DNA of 64,000 nt from Lama guanicoe (Eukaryota). Below are positions 27,121 to 39,400 of this stretch, piece after piece. Location: positions 6,099,957 to 6,163,956 of the forward strand of contig MU053881.1 of the NCBI GenBank assembly GCA_013239625.1. The letters run 5' to 3'. Both the position numbers and the translations under genes were made by a program. The notes beneath the pieces were generated by a model. The model was given only the letters and a program-made list of their open reading frames with translations. It was not told the DNA's origin and ran no database searches. The stretch's first letter is position 1. Every line of letters begins with the position of its first letter.

Positions 27121-30100
27121 TGCAGCATCAGACTCGGGGGCAGGTGGCGGGGAGCGGTCTCTACTGCCTCAGCCACCCCAGCCGGCCCGAAGTACCTGGC
27201 TCCTTGCTCAAGCACAGCCCTCCAGCAGGTACCAGGATGCAGGGAATGGGGACTTATAGGGCCCTGTCCCACTTCCACCACCAGCTCAGCCAAAGCCCTG
27301 GAAGATCTCATATACTTTACTAGGTGAGCCGTGCAAGCCAGCCCCTGATTAATTACTTTATTCATTCATCTAGTCACCTTTAAGTGGAGGCTGCTTTCTG
27401 CCAGGCCCTGTACCAGAAAGGGGGACAAGCAGAAAGGTCACTGCTTTCTAGGAGCTCATGTTCTCAGGGGGGCAAGGGCGAGTTGGTGGAGGGGTGGGCT
27501 CAGGAAGGCTGCCTAGTGGGGCAGACTGACTTCCCGTGACCCCGAGCAGCGGCGACACAGCTGGCATCACAGACTGATCCATGCCAAGGGGGAGGAAGCC
27601 CACAGAGGTCTGGCTCCGTGCCCTGCCCCTTACCCCCAACAACAGTGAGGAAACCCAGGCACAGAGCGGGAATGGGAAAGGCCCAAGGGGACAGAGAGTG
27701 AAGGGTCCAGGCTCTTCCTACTCAGAGTCAGCCCCTAGGAAGGAGCAGGGGCCCTGGTCTGGGAGCTCCTTGAGGGCTGGGACCAGATGTGTCTCACTCA
27801 CCGCTGTCTCACCAAGTGAGGGAGGGTTCCTGGTGTGGGTCCAAAGACCCCTCCCCATCTGGCCTCATAGGATGAGGGGGAGCAGCCAGAGCATGGCCAG
27901 CCAACCCTGCTGCTTAAAATCATGCTGAAGAAGCCTTTTCTACCAGCAGCTGACATGCCAGGGCCCCCCTGATAGGAGAGGGGCAGTGTCCCTTCTGGAA
28001 GCTCTGGGAATCAGTTCCCAAGAAGGGAATATTGACCGGAGCCCATGACGGTATCCCCCTGCCCCTCTACAACAGCAGTGAATTCAGGTGGTTATTATTA
28101 ACATTCCTGCTTTAATAATCATATAATCTTTGAGCATAAGAAATTCTCTCCTTTCAATTACCCCATTTTACAAAAGAGTAAACAGGATCAGAAAGGCTAA
28201 CTCACATCTGTCTCCAGCTTGTAAGTGGTGGAGCTGAAACTCAAATCCCATCCTACTCCAGAGGCCACATGTTCCACCTCTCAGAAGACCACCTCCCTGG
28301 CTATCACAGCCCCTCCAGTGGCCTGCTCGGGGCCATTCTGGGCAATGTCGGTCCTGAGGGGTGACCCACTGCAAAACCTTGGGGTTTTGTTGTTGTTTTT
28401 TAATCAAGTAGAGAAGCCATGCTTTCAAATGAAAGCAGGTAGGAATATCCAATCACAAGGCTTATAAAAGCAGAGTTGCCCCCACACCACCATTCCCAAT
28501 GCTGGGGCCCCCACCCCTCCCTGAGGACTGGCTCAGCTGACCCCAGGCTCTCCTCTGCTAAGACTCAAGTCCTATCACCCAGCAGCCCTGCTTCCTGCAG
28601 CCATGGGGGGGTTAACACCTCCACGTCCCGGCTTAAGGGCATCAATCTCAGAGGCAGATGGAGTGGGACCTTCTCATCCTCAGTTGGCAGGTCAAGAAGC
28701 TGAGGCCAGAGCCAGACACGCTTGCCCCAGGCACTGGGGGCTTCTCAGTGGTAGAGCTGCTATTGGAACCCAGGGGTCCTGCCTCCCGCATCAGTGCTGT
28801 TTCTTCAAGGTGGCAACTACCTACAGGACTGAGGTGACCAGGACCAAGGGCAGGAAGGGGAAGGGCTGATATAATAATTCCAGGTGGGCAGGATGGCCCT
28901 CCCCCAGTCCCCAGCCTGCCAGGTGGCCCACTACCTAAGCCTCTAACCCCGGGCCAGCATACCTGCCCCTCCGGAGCCCAACTCAAAGCAAAGAAAGCCC
29001 TTCTCTCCTGGAACAGCCACACTCAGGGCCCTCAGAGTGATGTGGGAAAGCTTCAGGGAGCCATGGGGAGACCCTCTTGCAGAATAGAAGCCCAGCTGAC
29101 ATCTATGCAGATTTCACCAAAGACTGCTCACTGCTCTAAAGCAGGCCCGCGCAGGGCGCCGGACAGACGTGGGCCCGCACCTTGCACCTGCCCGTGGAGT
29201 CTGCTGCTGCGGTGTGCCGTCGAATCTGAGGTTCAGCATGTTTTACGAACTCAAATCTGAGACTCCGAGGGTTTGTGAGGATTCCAGATTCCAGGCGTTT
29301 ATAGGGATTCTGTTTATACTTGGTGTTTGCTGAAATTCGCAGACTGCGTTCTAACTGTGTGTGAAGGCAAGTCTCAGATTACACCATCCTTTCAGCTGGA
29401 TGGAGTCCTGCCTGAGAAGGAGGGAGCAGGTTCCTGGACCATCCTGGGCCCCTGGCCTGACTGAGGACGGCTGGCCACCCCTCCCCCACAGGCGGGGCAG
29501 GCCTTTAATGCAACCCCATCCTCCTGGCCGGCTTGGTCACATAAATCACCCTCCCAATAATATTTGTATTGATTATCTAGATTGGAAGCCTCAATTGGCT
29601 CCATTGTCTCACTTCCTCTTCCAGGACTCACAGATGGGGTCCCTTCACCTCATCTGCGTTTCTAATTCGACATTTAAATGGAGCGGCCTCCCAGGCCAGC
29701 CAGGCCCCTTGCTTCCCTGGGTGTTGGAGGGGTTGGGAGGAGTGATAAACAGATTCCCTGACAGAGAATCATTAAATCTAGAGTTTGTGGAGCTGGAGGA
29801 AAAGTCAAGATGGGCGAGTCCCCGCACACGCAAAGCGTTGCCTCCCAGCACGACCAGGGCGCTTGCTGGAGGTGCAGAGCCAGGCCCCACCCCAGGCCCT
29901 CCGGATCAACACCCGCATTTTAACATCATCCCTCAGTGATTCAGATGCACGTTAATGTTTAAGAAGCACTTTTCTAGTCCGCCCCTTGTAATGTACAGAA
30001 GGGAAACTGAGGCCCAGAGAAGGCAAGGTCACACGGTAGGTGAGATCCCCTGAGTCTCCAGCCCAGGCAGAGGAAATGGGAGGGCAAGAGGCTTCTGGAG

Positions 30101-31823
30101 TGAGGGCCTGGCCATTTCCAGCCTCCTCTCCCTCCCAAGCTCCTGACTCCTATTTCGGAGGCTGGACAGATGGTTCAGACCAGAGTCTGACCCCCCTGTA
30201 CTCTCCCAGCCTGGAGGGGCCAGCGAGAGCTCCAGGGACTCCCCAGGAGGGCACCTCCCTCCCGCCCCAGCCGGCCAGCTGCCCCTTCCCTGGCAGCAAC
30301 TGGACAGCAGATCCCAGGGAAAACCAGCACCTGGGTCTGCCCAGCACCACCAGGCGTCCGCGGAGGGGGTGGGGCAGGAGGCACGAGGCCCTAGAGAGGC
30401 GGCCAGCAGAGGGCCTGGGAGAGGTGGGGAGCAGGGCCGAGAAAGCTGTGGTCAGAGGGAGGGAAGCAAGGAGAAAGACAGAGATGGTGGGGAAGGTGGG
30501 GGGCAGAGAGATGGACAACCAGGAACAACCAGAAGGAGGGGAGAAGGACTCGGAGGGAGAGGGAAGCCCACATACAAGGAGAAGCAGCCAGTTGAGAACA
30601 GGAGAAGGGGGAAGAAGGAGGGAGGGAATGGAGGCAGTGAAGACTGATGGGGCAGGAGAAGGGAGGGGAGGCAGCTGGCCGGGAGAAGCAGGAGCCCAGC
30701 ATGGCCCGGCCCTGCCCAGCCCGGCCTGGCCCAGCCCCCAGTGACGGTGCAGCTGCCACACTTGGGCCCTACCATGAGGTCAGTCCTGCCCCGGGGCTGG
30801 GAGAAAATAAATGGTGTCCAAGATAAAAGGTCCAGGAAATTATTTGTCTTGTTGTCGTGTCTTGACTGCAACGGGCAGGGGCTGGCGGGCTGGCGGGGCA
30901 TCATCTCAGAAAAGCCCAGGCTGGCAGGCTTCGCCCCCCCGGACACACACACGTAGGACCCAGGCCTCAGCCTGACTTGGCCACCCACAGCCCCGGCTTC
31001 TCCTGCCCAAGTCTGGGGCCTAGGACACCTCCCAGAACTTGGGCCTCAGAGGGCAGGAAGCGGTGGGGGCATGCGCAGTCAGGGTCTGGCCCCAAACCCC
31101 CTCCAAGCGCTGGGAAGGAGAAGTCTTGTCTGATTCATCCACTGTTGAGGGTCTTTGTGGGCTGAGGGCTTGGGGAGGGAAGGGAGCCAGGGTGTCTCAC
31201 TCCTCCCAGCCCCCTTACGGAGGCACCTTGGGGCAGCTGATGGTTCCTAAACACCTCGGAGGAGAGCGGGGCCGTTCCATGGTCGGGGCAGGTCAAGGAG
31301 ACTCACAAGGTGCTGAGTGCCCATACCTCACAGGTGCACAAGCTCAAGCTCACACAGCACAGCGCACATGTGTGTCCACGTGCACGTGCACACACGTTTA
31401 CACACATATGCACACATGTGCACACACAGTCACACCAGGCCAATTTCCACCACCACTAGCAGCATCCAAAAAGCATTCCCCAGAGGCTCCCATCCCTCTA
31501 AGCGTGTGAACCTGGGATAAAGCAATGCCATGGGGAGCAGCAACCTGTTTTAAGCCACCCCCACCCACACCCATGACGACTGGCATTTATGGGGCGTTTA
31601 CCAGCAACAGCATGCTTTATTCATGTCTTCAGTTACTACTCCCAGCAAGGCTCTCAGGGATGCACTCCTGCATCCCCATATTACAGATGAGAAAACTGAG
31701 GCCCAGAAAGGTTCCGCCCCAAGATAACACAGCCAGGACACAGCAGAGCTGGGGTTTGAACCCGAGGTCTCAGCGGACAGGAAGAATGTGCACACCGTCT
31801 GGGAGGAGGGGATTGGCACCTAC

Positions 31824-32004
31824 CATACTTGTCCCCGTCCTCGCCGCGGGCGCTGATCCTGCGGCCCAGGACCTGGATGTGCTTCCCGCTGGTCCGGCTG
31901 TAGAGCTGGTACAGCCGCAGCTGCTTACGGCTCACATCGTCCCGAGCCCGCGTCTGGTTCTCCACGTGGATGCGGAAGTCCACGTTCTCCTCGGCCGCCA
32001 GCAC
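31824..32004 (-). CDS. FGF18: FGF18 coding exon 3 (VLAAEENVDFRIHVENQTRARDDVSRKQLRLYQLYSRTSGKHIQVLGRRISARGEDGDKY)
   Basis: ORF track 31681..32004; acceptor cccag, donor gtaggt; 181 nt. Confidence 0.98.
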
Positions 32005-32879
32005 CTGGGCAGGGAAAGGGGTGACGGTGAGCCAGAGTCCCTGCGTGCAGGCACCACATTCACAACAAAAAGCCGGGGCCTCCCCTCCGCCAGCTCTGGG
32101 CCAGGCATCAACACTGACTCATAATGGCCCTGTTACCCCACACACACACCGTTTCACAGATGAGGCAACTGAGGCCCAGAGAGGTGAGGCAAGCTGCCCA
32201 GGGTGGTCAAGGCAGGAGGCAGCAAAGCTTAGAATCAGGCCTAGGTCTCTTTGGCAACAAATTTTGCTGTCTTCCCACCATTGCCCCAAATTAAAGCAAG
32301 AAACATGGAGCGGAGGTTTCCCCTGTGACCTTGGGTGCCTGGTTTGTTCAGCCTTAGATTCCTTTCCAGTGAAACAGCGGAGCAGAGCCCTGCCCTGATT
32401 ACATCCCAAGGTGGCTCTGAGGATAAAGTGAGCAACTGGGAAGAAAAGCACCCAAATCGATATAGAGATTGAAGAGGGATGAGGGGATATGATGCTGTCT
32501 AGTGGGAAGGAGGGAAGCCTGGCAAATTTCTTCCTGGAAACAAATGGGCCAGAGCCCACTGTCACTTCTCCCCCAGGATCTGATGCTGGGGTGGTCTCCT
32601 CTCCATGCCCCAAGGGTCCTCATGCTCGCCCCACCACCAAGCATTTGACTGTCCCCCAGCCCTTCATGGAGAAGCCTTTGCTCTGTATCTCCCATCAAAA
32701 TTCCCTGTATCCCTAGAGGTTAGCTCATGTCTGACTATGTTTTCCAGGAAGCCACCTCTGGCTACACCAACATGTATCTCTCCAGTCTCCCTTCCCAGAA
32801 CATGGCCTCTCTCCTGGGCAACTTGCACCCACCTCCTCACCAGCCTCCTGCTTCCACTCTTTCCCTCTGGTAGTCCGTC

Positions 32880-33430
32880 TTCCACCAAACTCAATCACCT
32901 TGCGTAAACTTCCCTCTCCAAATTCTCCAGGGCTTCCCATCACATTTAGATAAAGGTCCCCACTAGGGCCTCAGGGCCCTGTAAGATGAGCCCCCGACTG
33001 CCTTTCCGCATTCATCTCCAACCACTCCCTCCCCACCGATGACACCGTCTGCCTTATTATGCTGCTAAGCATTCCAAACACAAAACGTGTACGTGCCTCA
33101 GGGCCTTTACACTTGCTCTTCCCTCTGCTTCAGTGCTCTTTTCCAGATTTTCACACTCAGGCTCCTCTAATTCATTTGGGTCTCTGCTCAAACGTCACAT
33201 CCTGAGAGAGGACTTCCTCCACTGCTTTTCTGAGGCAGCCCTCACTTCTGTCATTCTCCATCTCTTTACCATGCTTTGTTTTTCTTTCTAGCATTTATCA
33301 GCCTGACATAATATCTATTTATCTGGTTTTTGTCTGTCTCCCCAACTTGTTTGTTGCTATATCCCCAGCACATAGCATAGTAGAAATTCAAACACTTGTC
33401 GAATGAATGAATGAATGAATGAATGAACAA
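32880..33430 (+). mobile_element. L2 LINE fragment ending in (GAAT)n
   Basis: tgcctcagggcctttacacttgct...ctgctcaaacgtcacat...gaatgaatgaatgaatgaatgaa. Confidence 0.75.
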
Positions 33431-36400
33431 CTGAACATTGAAAAGCTCTGGAGTCCTCTCATACCACTTAGCATTAAATTAGGTTCTCCTATGCCCTGCT
33501 AATTGCATGCCTGTGCCATCCCATCTTAACCGTAAGGCTGAACAATTCTTGAAGTCCAGACAGCGTTCCAGGTTTGTTCTAGTCATGCTAGGCATGCAGG
33601 ACCCTGTTCCCACAAGAGCATAGCCCCACTCAGTCCATGATGGAGCTCTTGGAATCAAGGCTGCACAAGAATCCATCTCACCCCTCAGCTGTGAGCTCCC
33701 CAGGGCAGGGTCCATGTTTTCCTCATTGCTACACCCCATGCCCAGGCCAGGGGCCTCTGTCTCCCAGCTGACCTGCACATGTACTCCCAGCCCACCTGCA
33801 CATGTCCTCCCAGCCCAGCCTGGGCCCCGCAGGTGCTTCAGCCGGACCACATTATTTAACCTTCACTATCAGCCTCAGGGTAGATGCATTATCCCACATT
33901 ACAGATGAGGAAACTGAGGCTCCGAAGCCAAACCACCAGGCAATGGCAGAGTCAGCCCCAGGCCATGTGGCCCCAAAGCTCCGCTTTCAGCCCCACCTCT
34001 CTGTGCTGTGACTGCCCCAGCAGGGCAATCAGGAGTAGCACCGGACGTTCAAAACCCAGGGCGTGCCACTCCCTACGTCAGGTCCCTGGGCAAGTTACTA
34101 ACCTCTCTGTGCCTCAGTTTCCTCCGCTATAAAATGAGAGGGGTGACATGGCATCCACCTTGTGGGTTTCTATGAAGATTAAACATATAAAGTCTTAGAA
34201 CAGTTTCCCGGTACAGAGTAAGTGCTCAGCAGGCGTAGATAACTACTGAGAGGATACAAGGGAGCCCCTTTAAGAGGCTCTCAGTGAAGCCCTGAAAATA
34301 GAAGCCTTCCCAGGACGCAAGCAAATCACATTTTCATGTCCTGAGAGACCAGGCACTTCTGCTGCGCCGATTACAGTTTGGGAAGATGTTATTGCTTTTG
34401 ATCGTCCTGACAACCCTGGGGCATGGAAATGCTTATCACTCCCATTTAACAGATGTACAAACTGAGACTCACAGAAGTTAAGTCGGTTGCTCTGAGCTGT
34501 CCAGCCTGGAGGCGCAGGGCCTGGCCCACTAAGTGTGAACATCTTTCACTTAGACTACCTTCGATGGCAGCCCCGTCACCATCCACAGCCCAATCTGATA
34601 CCTGGGACCCGCCTCATTTCACAGCCTGAGGCTGAGGGAGGGCAGAACTCCAGTGCCCCTGAGGCCCACACCTGGGGGGCATGTGTCCTGAAGACCCCCC
34701 ACCACCACCCATGGCTCTCAACCCTCCTGGAATGACTCCCCAAGGTGGCCCAGCCCTGTCCCCTCCCCCAAGGGTGGGCCTCCGACCTCCCCCCCGTTCT
34801 CCAGATCTCCTCCTGCTCACAGGAGACCTTATCGACCAGAGGTCAAACCAATCTCCTCACCCCAGGCCCCCGAGGGGAGCTGCCTTGCCCCAGAAGCCAG
34901 CCTCTCGTTAACGATTTTCTCCCTGGCCCACTGGACAGAGGCAGCACGGGTGACCCAGGGTCAACGGGGGCTATCCGGTGGCCCTTCCCCAGGACATGGG
35001 AGACAATCCATCTTGCCCAGCTTCCACCATTTAAGCCACACTCTGTGGCCGCATCAACCCCGAGGGAGGTGGAAACGGGGTCTGTGCTTTTGAGAAGGCA
35101 GGGAGACCCCAGGCTTCCTGGGCCAGCCCTCTGGGGGGCTCCAGGCCTTTGCACAGGCTGAGTCCTCTGCCATGGGCACCTTCTGACACCCGCTCTCAGG
35201 TACCTCTTCCGGAAGTGTTTCCTACCCTCTGGCCTCAGGCTGGGTTACAGCGTCTGGACACCACTGTAATGGCTTATTGTCCCCAGAGTCCAGTCTGTCT
35301 GGCTCATCCTTGAATCTCCAGCTCTGCCTCCAGGAGGCACCTGGCCAATGTTTCCTACGTAACTGTGGCTAGGACGAGGGAAACCTGGCAGCCCCCCCAC
35401 TTACTGCCTAGACAGGCAGAGTGCCCACCAGAGGGCTTTTAAAGATATCAATTGCTAAGCTTCCCTCTGTTCCAGGCACTCTGCTAAGAAACCCTCAAGG
35501 CATGGTACCTCATCAAATTCCCTTACCACCCTTGGAGGTAGGTACCAGTTAGAGTCCATTTCACGGACTGGACCAACGAGGCTCCTCTCTGGGTCCACAG
35601 ACCTCCAGGGTCTGCCTGCAGAGCTCATGCAAAGTGGCATGTTCAGGAACATCCTCGCCCTCCTCCTTTCCTGTTAGCTGGGTACCAGGTCACTTGGCCT
35701 CACTGCCCAAGAGGGGGCCTGTCTTCCAGGCCTTCCTAGAACAGTCAGAACTGCCCTCTACCTGGCTAACACCCATCCAGGTGCCTGGGCGCTGAAAAGC
35801 TGCAGTGTGACAAAAAATCACAATGCTGCAGCTCTTGCAAGGCCAGCAGGGCTGGCACCTGTGGGGTGTCTCCTGGGGCACAGTAAGGTGCCTTACAAAA
35901 GGCCCTCCTTCCCCTACCTCATGCCACAGATTATCTTTTGGTTCAAGGTAGCTTTTCTCACAGCTGGGAGGCATACAGTGGGGTTCCCCCGCAACCAGAC
36001 TGAGACCCCAGTTACCCTCCAGTTAGCCCCGTCTTTGCCCTGAGGGCTTGAGCTCTGGTGGAAATATTCAGTCAGACAGAGCCCACTGCCTTCTGCCTGC
36101 AGTCAGCCTTGTGGGTGCAGAGGTGAGGGGTTTCCCTGCTCCAAACTCTGCCTGGCTCCCCACTGCCCACAGCACAGTGCCCACGTGTGGTCCTTTACCA
36201 CCCGACCCCTGCCTACCTTCCAACCTTCCTTTACCAGGCACCTTGCGGGGAATCTCTCGGGGATTAAAAGAGGTTGAGGTGAGCTCCTGACACCAGGGCC
36301 AGCCTCCACACATCAGCCTAGGTCGTCCCCCTACCCCAAACCACTGTAGCATCCAAGAGCCACCGTTTCTCCCTCTGATCAAAGGTCTCAGCCTCACCAA

Positions 36401-39400
36401 TCTACTCATGGCTCTGAAGGCACACTTGGGCTGCTTCCAATTTTTTCCCGGGCCCACCTCCCACCAACATATGCCGTATCACACAATACCTGCGTACACA
36501 CGTTGCACAAGCACTCTCACACCCCACACATTCAACAAGATAACTAGCACTCACGGATCTCAGGTGTGACCTGGCGCCACCTCTTACCACCAACTGATTT
36601 GGTTTCTTTACCCCTTAGTTTTCTCATCAGTAGGATGAGATTGTCTACAATTATTTATCTTAGAAAACCATTATATTACTAACAATAGCCACTTTTTTTT
36701 CCTTTGCTTTCTTCTTCTGTTTTCTAAACAGCCGCTACTTATGGAGCATGTCCTCCGTGCTAAGAAGCACTCTAAGTGAATTATCTTATGTCATCCCCAG
36801 AGCAGCCCTATGAGTTAGTACAGTTATTATCCCCATTTTACAGATGAGGAAACTGAGGCTCAGCGAGGTTACATGGCTCGTCCAAAAGCATGGAATTGGT
36901 GTAAAAAAGAATTCAGATTCGAATCCAGCTTAGCCCAGAACCCACGCACCCCACCTCTTTACCCTCACCCGCTTCATTCTCCCTTCTCTCTGTCACCCAC
37001 CTCCATTCCCCCATTCAGGAAAGCAACTGGCTCTGTCCACAGACCATAGATGGGGCAGGGACTAAGGTGGAGGATTAAACATGAAAGGACTGAAGGCCTT
37101 AAACTCACCCCCGACCCCAAACCAAGAGAGGAGGATGGGGTCAGACTACCCCCTCCCACCCAGGTCCCCATCCTTGAGGCCTCATACAATCCATGCCCCT
37201 GTCTCCAGGCAGCCTGCCCAGAAAGGGAGGTTCTCCCTGGTCCCAGGAGAGGCAGCCCACAGACTTCCGGCCACATTCCACCACCGCCTGCCTCCTCCCC
37301 CGGCAGCAGCATTGGGGCCAGCCATGCTGAGGGTTTTCAGAGCTTCTCCTAACTCTGGATTCAAACCTGAGACCTGCATGCGGCTCTAGGAGTGGTCCCT
37401 TGTAGAGTCAGCACCCCCTCCACCCTGAAATGCAGCTCCCAAACTTCCTCGAGAGCGAGCCTGGACTCAGGCCCAGGAGGTGGTGCCAGCCACAGGCAGC
37501 GCTCCGACGATTATTACTGTCATTGAGAGTGAAACTAACGCTGGCTCCCACTTAGTGGGCACTTGCTCGGTGCCAGGGCTGAGCTAAGCACTTTTCAGGC
37601 ACCGGCTCCTTGATCTTCACGGGACCAAGGCAGGTCAGAACAATTACCATCCCCGCGATAAAGGAGACACAGAGAAGCCAAGGGATTTGCCCAAGTGGTA
37701 CAGAAACTGACAGAGCCAAGAATGGAACGCATCTCTGGCTCTAGAGCCCATCAGTTTCCCCGAGCTGGCCCCCCTGGACAGAAAGGGGAAGACGAAGGCC
37801 CGCCCAGCCCTGAATCTGAGCTTGGCTCACTCGGACTGATGCCCCCACCCACCCCTCCACCCCAGGCTTCTCCCCTCTCTTCTGTCACACTCCCCACACC
37901 CCACCCAGCCAGGACAGAGTGACGCTCCAAAGGCCCCTTCCCCATCCCCAGCCTGTCCATTAAGCTCCCGGGGCTATCAATGTATTGATTGGCAGGGCTG
38001 AGCCATCAGCACGGGAGGGGGCTGCTGCCACCCAAGGCGCTGACTGAGAGCTCCTTCTGCCCACACATCAGCCTTCTCTGTACAGATCGTCAATATGGGT
38101 GCCGCGGCCAGTCAACCCTGGAGCCAGCCTGGGGAAGGGGGCAGGACCCCTAAAGGTCCATGCTCCCTTCTTCCCTCCCTTTCTCCTTCCTTCCAATTCC
38201 TCTGCCTTGAGGCCCTTGGGTGGAAAGAGTGGTCATGCATGTCAAAGAGGGAATAAACAAGCCCTTTATCCTGGCATTCAGTGCCCACCGTGGCCTTTTA
38301 CATGATCCCCATTCCTTAACTCCATGCACCAGCTACCCCAACTGGCTTGGAGTCCCCTGAGCACATCAGGCTGTTCCCTGCTTCAGGAGAAGTGGTCCAT
38401 GGCCCTGCAAAGGCTTTTCTATACAAACACATTCACACACACACACACACACACATAGGCTCGGAGACTTCACCTGGCTTGCTTCTATTTCAACATTCAA
38501 ATGAGGCCCCTTCCTTGGCCAGATCTTCTTGCCCTGAGTCTAGTTTCAGGGCCCTTCATCAGAGTAACCTATGCGCCCTCGAGCCCCTGTCCCCCTGCAC
38601 AGATCCCTCAGACTTCTCTCAAGTTCCCGAGGGTTGGGACAGGTCCTGAGCACCCTGGGCCCCACACCTGGTATGGAGTCTGGGTCGGGGGAGGGGGCTC
38701 AGTCCAGGTGCCCGGCCCTCAGAGAAGCTGCTCCCCCAACTCCTCCACTCACTGACCCAACATTCATGCTGCACGCCAGGTCTGTGCCAGGCGCCATAGG
38801 GCCCTTGGGATGGGCTGGGCCTCCCTTGATTTCCAGGAACCAGCAGCTGGCGGACAAGCAGGCCTCCAGGCACACCAGAGTCAAATGCGTAACTAAAGCT
38901 CACATTTACTTAACACTTATAATGAGCCAGGCGCTGGGCCAAGGGCCTCCCCCAGGTGACCACAGCTCATCCTTGAGCAACCCCCAAGAGGGAGGCTCTA
39001 TCCTGATGCCCATATTAAGGATGAGCCACAGAGAAGCCAAGAATTTGGTCAGTCATGCAGTTACCCAGTGGCCGAGGCAGGGTACGACCCAGGTGGGTTG
39101 GGTCCCGAGCATGAGCTCCTGTACATCCCTGTGAGCCCCAGCAGGGAACGCAGCGGCAAAGTGTGAAGGGGTTCCAAGGCCGAGGTGGGATGGGGAGAGT
39201 GGTAAATAAAGCTGCCCAAAGTGCTGGCCAGCTCTTACAGGAAACACGAGGGGAGAAGCTGAAGCCTTGGATGTCTCCATCCTGCTCAAAACCCAGTCCA
39301 GGGCCAGACATGCAGCAGGCGTCCCACAAATGTTTTCTGATTGCTGATGAGGTGCAGCACCATAATGGAGTACCTACTGCATGCCAAGTCCAAGATATAG

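Noticed and set aside
30040..30988. Cluster of 120-234 aa overlapping ORFs
   Set aside because: Produced by a purine/pyrimidine-skewed low-complexity tract in FGF18 intron 3
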